Shown piece by piece: positions 59,183 through 64,000 of a DNA stretch of 64,000 nucleotides. The DNA lies in NCBI GenBank assembly GCA_963676835.2, contig CAXXFF010000004.1, forward strand, positions 128,001-192,000. The letters run 5' to 3'. Position numbers and translations under genes: made by a program. The notes under the pieces are model-generated. The model was not told the DNA's origin. It did no database searches and was given only the letters and a program-made list of their open reading frames with translations. Source of the stretch: Marispirochaeta sp. GTDB taxonomy: Bacteria > Spirochaetota > Spirochaetia > JC444 > Marispirochaetaceae. Numbering within the stretch: position 1 is the first letter of the stretch; every line of letters begins with the position of its first letter.

Positions 59183-60859
59183 ATGAAAACCGATATCGAT
59201 ATCGCCCGGGAATACTCCCTCAGTCCAATCGAAGAAATTGCAGCAAAAGCCACTATCCACAAAGATGAGCTTCTGCACCACGGTCCCAACATTGCCAAAA
59301 TAAGCTGGTCCGGTATTAAACGGATACTGGATGAACCGGTAAAAGGCAAACTGATTCTGGTCAGTGCCATAACGCCCACTCCTGCAGGAGAGGGAAAGAC
59401 AACTACCAGTATCGGGCTTGCCCAGGGACTTGCGAAAATCGGGAAACAGGCCATAGTGGCCCTGCGAGAACCATCCCTTGGACCGGTGTTCGGTATAAAA
59501 GGCGGGGCAACAGGGGGAGGACATTCCCAGGTACTGCCCATGGAGGAGATAAATCTCCACTTCACCGGCGATCTCCATGCCGTAACCAGTGCCCATAATC
59601 TCATATCCGCGGCTCTGGATAACCGCCTTCACTTCGGTAATAAACCTTCCATTTCTCCCCGGAACATACTCTGGCCCAGAGTCATGGACATGAACGACCG
59701 GGCCCTGCGCAGTATTGTTATCGGTCTCGGCGGCCGCCTTAACGGTGTACCTCGGGAGAGCGGATTTGACATTACCGCGGCATCGGAAATTATGGCCATT
59801 CTCTGCCTTGCCATGGGCTATGAGGATCTCAAGGAACGGATTTCACGGATACTTCTGGCATTTACCGATGACGGTGATCCGGTAACCGCCGGTGACCTCA
59901 ATATTCAGGGTGCTGCAGCAGCTCTGCTGAAGAATGCCCTGCTGCCGAATCTGGTTCAAACCGGAGAAGGTGTCCCTGCCCTTATTCACGGCGGCCCCTT
60001 CGCCAATATAGCCCAGGGGGCAAACTCCGTACTGGCAACCAATATGGCCATGCGATGTGCAGATTATGCTGTAACCGAAGCCGGTTTCGGATTTGATCTT
60101 GGCGCCGAGAAGTTTTTTGACATAGTTTCTCCCATGGGAGGATTTTCACCCCAGGCAGTGGTCCTGGTTGCCACCGTCCGGGCTCTTAAGATGCACGGCG
60201 GAGTGAAGAAAACAGAGCTCGACAAACCGGACCCGGGAGCAGTAGCCCGGGGCGGAGAAAATCTCGAAAAGCATCTGGAGAATATTAACAAATTCGGCGT
60301 TCCCGCCACGGTTGCCATAAACCGTTTCCCCGGAGACAGCAACGAAGAGATTGAAACGGTCAAACGGATATGTGAAGCCCGGAACATTCCTTTCGCCGTA
60401 TCCACCGGCTGGGCTGACGGCGGCGAAGGAACCAAAGAACTGGCAGAGCAGGTGGTTCGGCTCCTGCAGGAGAACGACCTCCCGGCTGCCCGACCGCTTT
60501 ATGACTGGAAACTGCCGGTACCGGACAAAATAGCAAAGGTTGCCAGAGAGATATACGGAGCCCAGGCGGTTGATTTTACCAGTGAGGCCAAACAGGATCT
60601 CAAACGTATTGAGAAACTGGGATATACCGGGCTTCCGGTGTGTATAGCCAAGACACAGAGCTCTCTTTCAGACAACCCGAAGCTTCTCGGCCGACCGAAG
60701 GATTTCCTGGTTACCGTACGGAGAATACTGATATCCGCAGGTGCCGGTTTCCTGGTTCCCCTGACCGGAGAAATAATGCGGATGCCCGGACTGCCGCGAA
60801 TTCCCTCGGCGGAAGATATTGATATCAACGAAACAGGTGAGATATCAGGACTATTTTAA
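59183..60859 (+). CDS. fhs: Formate--tetrahydrofolate ligase
   Basis: TPAGEGKTT, GIKGGATGGG, HGGPFANIA, TEAGFG, MPGLP. Confidence 0.97.
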   Translation: MKTDIDIAREYSLSPIEEIAAKATIHKDELLHHGPNIAKISWSGIKRILDEPVKGKLILVSAITPTPAGEGKTTTSIGLAQGLAKIGKQAIVALREPSLGPVFGIKGGATGGGHSQVLPMEEINLHFTGDLHAVTSAHNLISAALDNRLHFGNKPSISPRNILWPRVMDMNDRALRSIVIGLGGRLNGVPRESGFDITAASEIMAILCLAMGYEDLKERISRILLAFTDDGDPVTAGDLNIQGAAAALLKNALLPNLVQTGEGVPALIHGGPFANIAQGANSVLATNMAMRCADYAVTEAGFGFDLGAEKFFDIVSPMGGFSPQAVVLVATVRALKMHGGVKKTELDKPDPGAVARGGENLEKHLENINKFGVPATVAINRFPGDSNEEIETVKRICEARNIPFAVSTGWADGGEGTKELAEQVVRLLQENDLPAARPLYDWKLPVPDKIAKVAREIYGAQAVDFTSEAKQDLKRIEKLGYTGLPVCIAKTQSSLSDNPKLLGRPKDFLVTVRRILISAGAGFLVPLTGEIMRMPGLPRIPSAEDIDINETGEISGLF

Positions 60860-60916
60860 TCATATTTGTATCATTGGTTACAGAAGGGGCTGCAAAAAAT
60901 CAGTACATTAACTCTT

Positions 60917-61960
60917 ATGAAGAAGATAGCCTTTTTTGATGCGAAACCGTATGACCGCAGATTTTTTGAGCAATCCGGAATTGACCGGGATATGGAAATT
61001 ACCTTTTTTGAAACCCGGCTCTCACCGCATACCGTTGATCTGGTTCGCGGGTTTGACGGAGTCTGTGTATTTGTAAACGATACAGTTGATGCCATGGTTC
61101 TGGATAGACTTGCAGAAGAAAAAATAGAAGTTATAGCCTTGCGCTGTGCCGGTTACAATAATGTCGATCTTGACGCGGCATACGGCCGGGTTCATATCCT
61201 TAGAGTTCCTGCATATTCCCCCTACGCAGTAGCTGAACATGCACTTGCACTAATTCAGACTCTTAACAGAAAAACACATAAAGCATATCTGCGGACGAGG
61301 GAAATGAATTTCTCCCTGGCCGGTCTTACCGGATTTGATCTTCATAATAAAACTGCTGGAATAATCGGTACCGGTAAAATAGGCAGAATAATGATCCGCA
61401 TCCTTAACGGACTGGGCATGAAGGTGCTCGCCTACGATCCTTATCCCTCCCGGGAGGCAGCAGAAAAAGAAAGTTTTTCCTATGTCGACCTGGAGACTCT
61501 TTACCGGGAGTCTGATGTAATATCCCTTCACTGTCCTCTGACACCGGAAACACATCACATAATAAACGAAACAGCTATAACCCGGATGAAATCGGGAATT
61601 ATGCTCATTAACACCAGCCGTGGAGGCCTGATAGATACCCGGGCTCTGGTGGATGGACTGAAAAGCGGTAAGATCGGTTATGCCGGTCTGGATGTATATG
61701 AGGAAGAGGGGGAATTTTTCTTCGAAGACCTTTCATCTGAGATTATTCCCGATGATCTGCTTGCCAGACTTTTAACTTTTCCCAATGTGCTGATTACATC
61801 ACATCAGGGCTTCTTTACCAGTGAAGCCCTGGAAAACATAGCGGCCACTACCGTAGGAAACCTCAGTGGATATTTTTCCGGAGAGCCGCTTGCCAACGAG
61901 GTCTGCTACCGCTGTGAGAAAGCAGTATGCAGAAAACAGGAAGAAGGACGCTGCTTCTAA
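60917..61960 (+). CDS. ldhA: D-lactate dehydrogenase-like 2-hydroxyacid dehydrogenase
   Basis: RCAGYNNVD, VPAYSPYAVAEH, GTGKIG, NTSRG, LDVYEEE, TSHQ. Confidence 0.9.
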   Translation: MKKIAFFDAKPYDRRFFEQSGIDRDMEITFFETRLSPHTVDLVRGFDGVCVFVNDTVDAMVLDRLAEEKIEVIALRCAGYNNVDLDAAYGRVHILRVPAYSPYAVAEHALALIQTLNRKTHKAYLRTREMNFSLAGLTGFDLHNKTAGIIGTGKIGRIMIRILNGLGMKVLAYDPYPSREAAEKESFSYVDLETLYRESDVISLHCPLTPETHHIINETAITRMKSGIMLINTSRGGLIDTRALVDGLKSGKIGYAGLDVYEEEGEFFFEDLSSEIIPDDLLARLLTFPNVLITSHQGFFTSEALENIAATTVGNLSGYFSGEPLANEVCYRCEKAVCRKQEEGRCF

Positions 61961-61970
61961 ACTCAAACTG

Positions 61971-63875
61971 TTAAACAAACAGCTTGTCGATCTTCTCCTT
62001 GTACAGCTCGGTGATAACATGACGCTTTATCTCCTGCTTTGCAGACAGCTCACGGCCTATTTCAAAACTCCTGGGGATTACGGCAAAGCGGTAGATTCTC
62101 TCATAATGCTTGAATCCGGTTTTACCGCTGACAAGTTCCTGGATCTCACCGTTAAACAGTTCATACACCTCCGGGAGTTCGAGCATATCCTCCCGGGTAA
62201 TATAGGGAATATGGTTCAGTTTGATAAACTGCTCCACCTCTTTCACGTCCGGAACTATCAGAGCCGACAGGAATTTCTGATCCTGACCGACCACCATAAC
62301 CTGTTCAATATAGGCCGATTCCCTGAGCTTGTTTTCGATGGGACCGGGTTCGATATTTTCGCCGCCGAAAAGAACGATGGTATCCTTGGCACGTCCACGG
62401 ATATCAAACTCACCATCCATAGTCCATACTCCGAGGTCTCCGGTATTCAGCCAGCCTTCAGAATCAAGCACCGCATCGGTCAAATCCTTCCTCTTGTAGT
62501 ATCCCTGCATAATCTGGGGGCCTCTTGCCAGAACAACACCTCGAACGTTGGGAGGAACATCTTTGCCCTTATCATCAACGATACGTATTTCCGTTTCCGG
62601 GAAAACATTCAGGGTAAGAGGTTTCGGCCGGAAAAAGTTCCGCACAGCCACTACTGGACCGCTTTCTGTGAGTCCGTACCCATTGAGCAGGGTTATACCT
62701 GCGGACTGAAAGAAAAGATCCACCGCGGCCGGCAGTGATCCGCCGCCTGAAACACCGGCACGGAAGCGTCCTCCCAGTTTTTTCTTGATTGCAGAAAAAA
62801 CCAGGATATCCCCGAGAAGCTTAAAGGGCAGCAAGATGAGCATGGGAAGGATTCCAACACAAATATCAACTATTCTGTTTCGATATCCAAAACGGGGCAG
62901 ACGGCCTTTTACCATATTGGAGAAGAGAGAAAACTTCCCACCCACCCAGACAAAAGTATGAAAGAGAATCCGGGTAACAACCGGCTTTGTCTGGACATTC
63001 CGGAACACACCGGCCCGGACAGACTCCCAGATTCGGGGAACTGATGCCATCCACTGGGGACGTACCGCCTGAAAATCCTGAAGCATTATTTTGCCGATGG
63101 GTTTTGAATAGGCAAGAGCACTGGCTGTTCCAATAGCCACGTACTGCACTACCCGTTCGAAAGAGTGCCACACAGGAAGAACAGAAAGCCAGATATCACC
63201 AGGCTGTATATCAACAATCTGAGGGACTCCTTTCACCTGATGCAGATAGGAACCATGAGAAAGCATAACACCCTTGGGCTCACCGGTAGTTCCGGAAGTA
63301 AAAATGATGGTAGCTACATCATCTGCCTTTCCGGTATCAACCGCTTTTTGAATCAGCTCGGGCTCATCTTTTAACAGTGCCTCGCCCAGGCCCATTATAT
63401 CCCCATAGGTATGCAGGGTTATCCCATCTGGAAGTCCGGAAAAATCCTCTTTATGGAATTCCTGATCAAGTACAATCAGATCCTTTATTTCCGGAACCAT
63501 CTCTGCGGCGCTCAGAATTTTTTCCAGCATGTCCAGGTTTTCGGCAAAAACCGTTTTACACTCGGAAAAACCAAGAATAAAACCAATTTCCTGTGCCATG
63601 GAATCCCGTCCCCGGGGGACATCTATTGCACCAAGAGATAATACCGCAAGATCGGCGACAAGCCACTCTTTTCTGTTGTCCGCAATAAGGCCAAGCCTGT
63701 CATCACGACGGACCCCGAGACTGTAGAGTCCGGCAGCAAAGGTATTTACCTCAGCATACAGTTGAGTAAAAGTTACCGGGGTAAATACACCTTTCCGGTT
63801 TTTGGAATACTGCGCAGGTGTATCGGGGTATTTATCTACAGTTGCTCTGAATAATTGTGGAATTGTTGTAAACAT
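61971..63875 (-). CDS. Long-chain fatty acid--CoA ligase
   Basis: FTSGTTGEPKGV, GYGLTE, NTGD, GRAKD, GENIEP. Confidence 0.92.
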   Translation of the reverse strand: MFTTIPQLFRATVDKYPDTPAQYSKNRKGVFTPVTFTQLYAEVNTFAAGLYSLGVRRDDRLGLIADNRKEWLVADLAVLSLGAIDVPRGRDSMAQEIGFILGFSECKTVFAENLDMLEKILSAAEMVPEIKDLIVLDQEFHKEDFSGLPDGITLHTYGDIMGLGEALLKDEPELIQKAVDTGKADDVATIIFTSGTTGEPKGVMLSHGSYLHQVKGVPQIVDIQPGDIWLSVLPVWHSFERVVQYVAIGTASALAYSKPIGKIMLQDFQAVRPQWMASVPRIWESVRAGVFRNVQTKPVVTRILFHTFVWVGGKFSLFSNMVKGRLPRFGYRNRIVDICVGILPMLILLPFKLLGDILVFSAIKKKLGGRFRAGVSGGGSLPAAVDLFFQSAGITLLNGYGLTESGPVVAVRNFFRPKPLTLNVFPETEIRIVDDKGKDVPPNVRGVVLARGPQIMQGYYKRKDLTDAVLDSEGWLNTGDLGVWTMDGEFDIRGRAKDTIVLFGGENIEPGPIENKLRESAYIEQVMVVGQDQKFLSALIVPDVKEVEQFIKLNHIPYITREDMLELPEVYELFNGEIQELVSGKTGFKHYERIYRFAVIPRSFEIGRELSAKQEIKRHVITELYKEKIDKLFV

Positions 63876-64000
63876 GTATCAACTATACAATGCAGTAGAA
63901 ACAAACTCAAATTAATTCGGCCGGCGGCCGAGAGAAAATCGAAAACTTTCCGCAATAATTTATTCTTATTTCTATTGCAATATTATTTACCATTGACGTA

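Noticed and set aside
61866..62738. 290-aa plus-strand ORF
   Set aside because: Antisense shadow of the acyl-CoA ligase; no motifs
63900..64000. AT-rich partial palindromes at the right edge
   Set aside because: The target gene is outside the window, so the motif cannot be assigned

Overview
This is a gene-dense chromosomal window of about 63 CDS plus one tRNA-Arg(CCT). It has no CRISPR array, integrase, transposase or prophage. Gene content suggests a free-living anaerobic spirochaete (inference): MoxR/Bat operon, DbpA-RBD protein, hcp/hcpR, fhs, and sigma70, sigma54 and sigma28-like promoters. Housekeeping genes include infA, argJ, rph, pfkA, fhs, hcp, a D-lactate dehydrogenase and an acyl-CoA ligase. 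The best candidate for an undescribed system is the operon at 662-9251. It encodes a LoaP-like NusG paralog, a soluble CapD-type sugar-nucleotide dehydratase, a DegT aminotransferase, a three-subunit xanthine-dehydrogenase-like complex and a DUF4954-like protein. The large subunit of that complex has lost its molybdenum-cofactor motifs while the 2Fe-2S and FAD subunits look intact. Other notable items: an OmpA/K+ channel/cNMP/Hpt/kinase-less CheA-receiver operon; a catalytically degenerate DEAD-box protein; Zn-finger and Zn-free DksA paralogs; a probable ACG start codon; a hairpin-rich element with a T-arm mimic after the tRNA; an omptin protease; and a sigma54-driven hsp20. All calls come from motif recognition by eye, with no database search.
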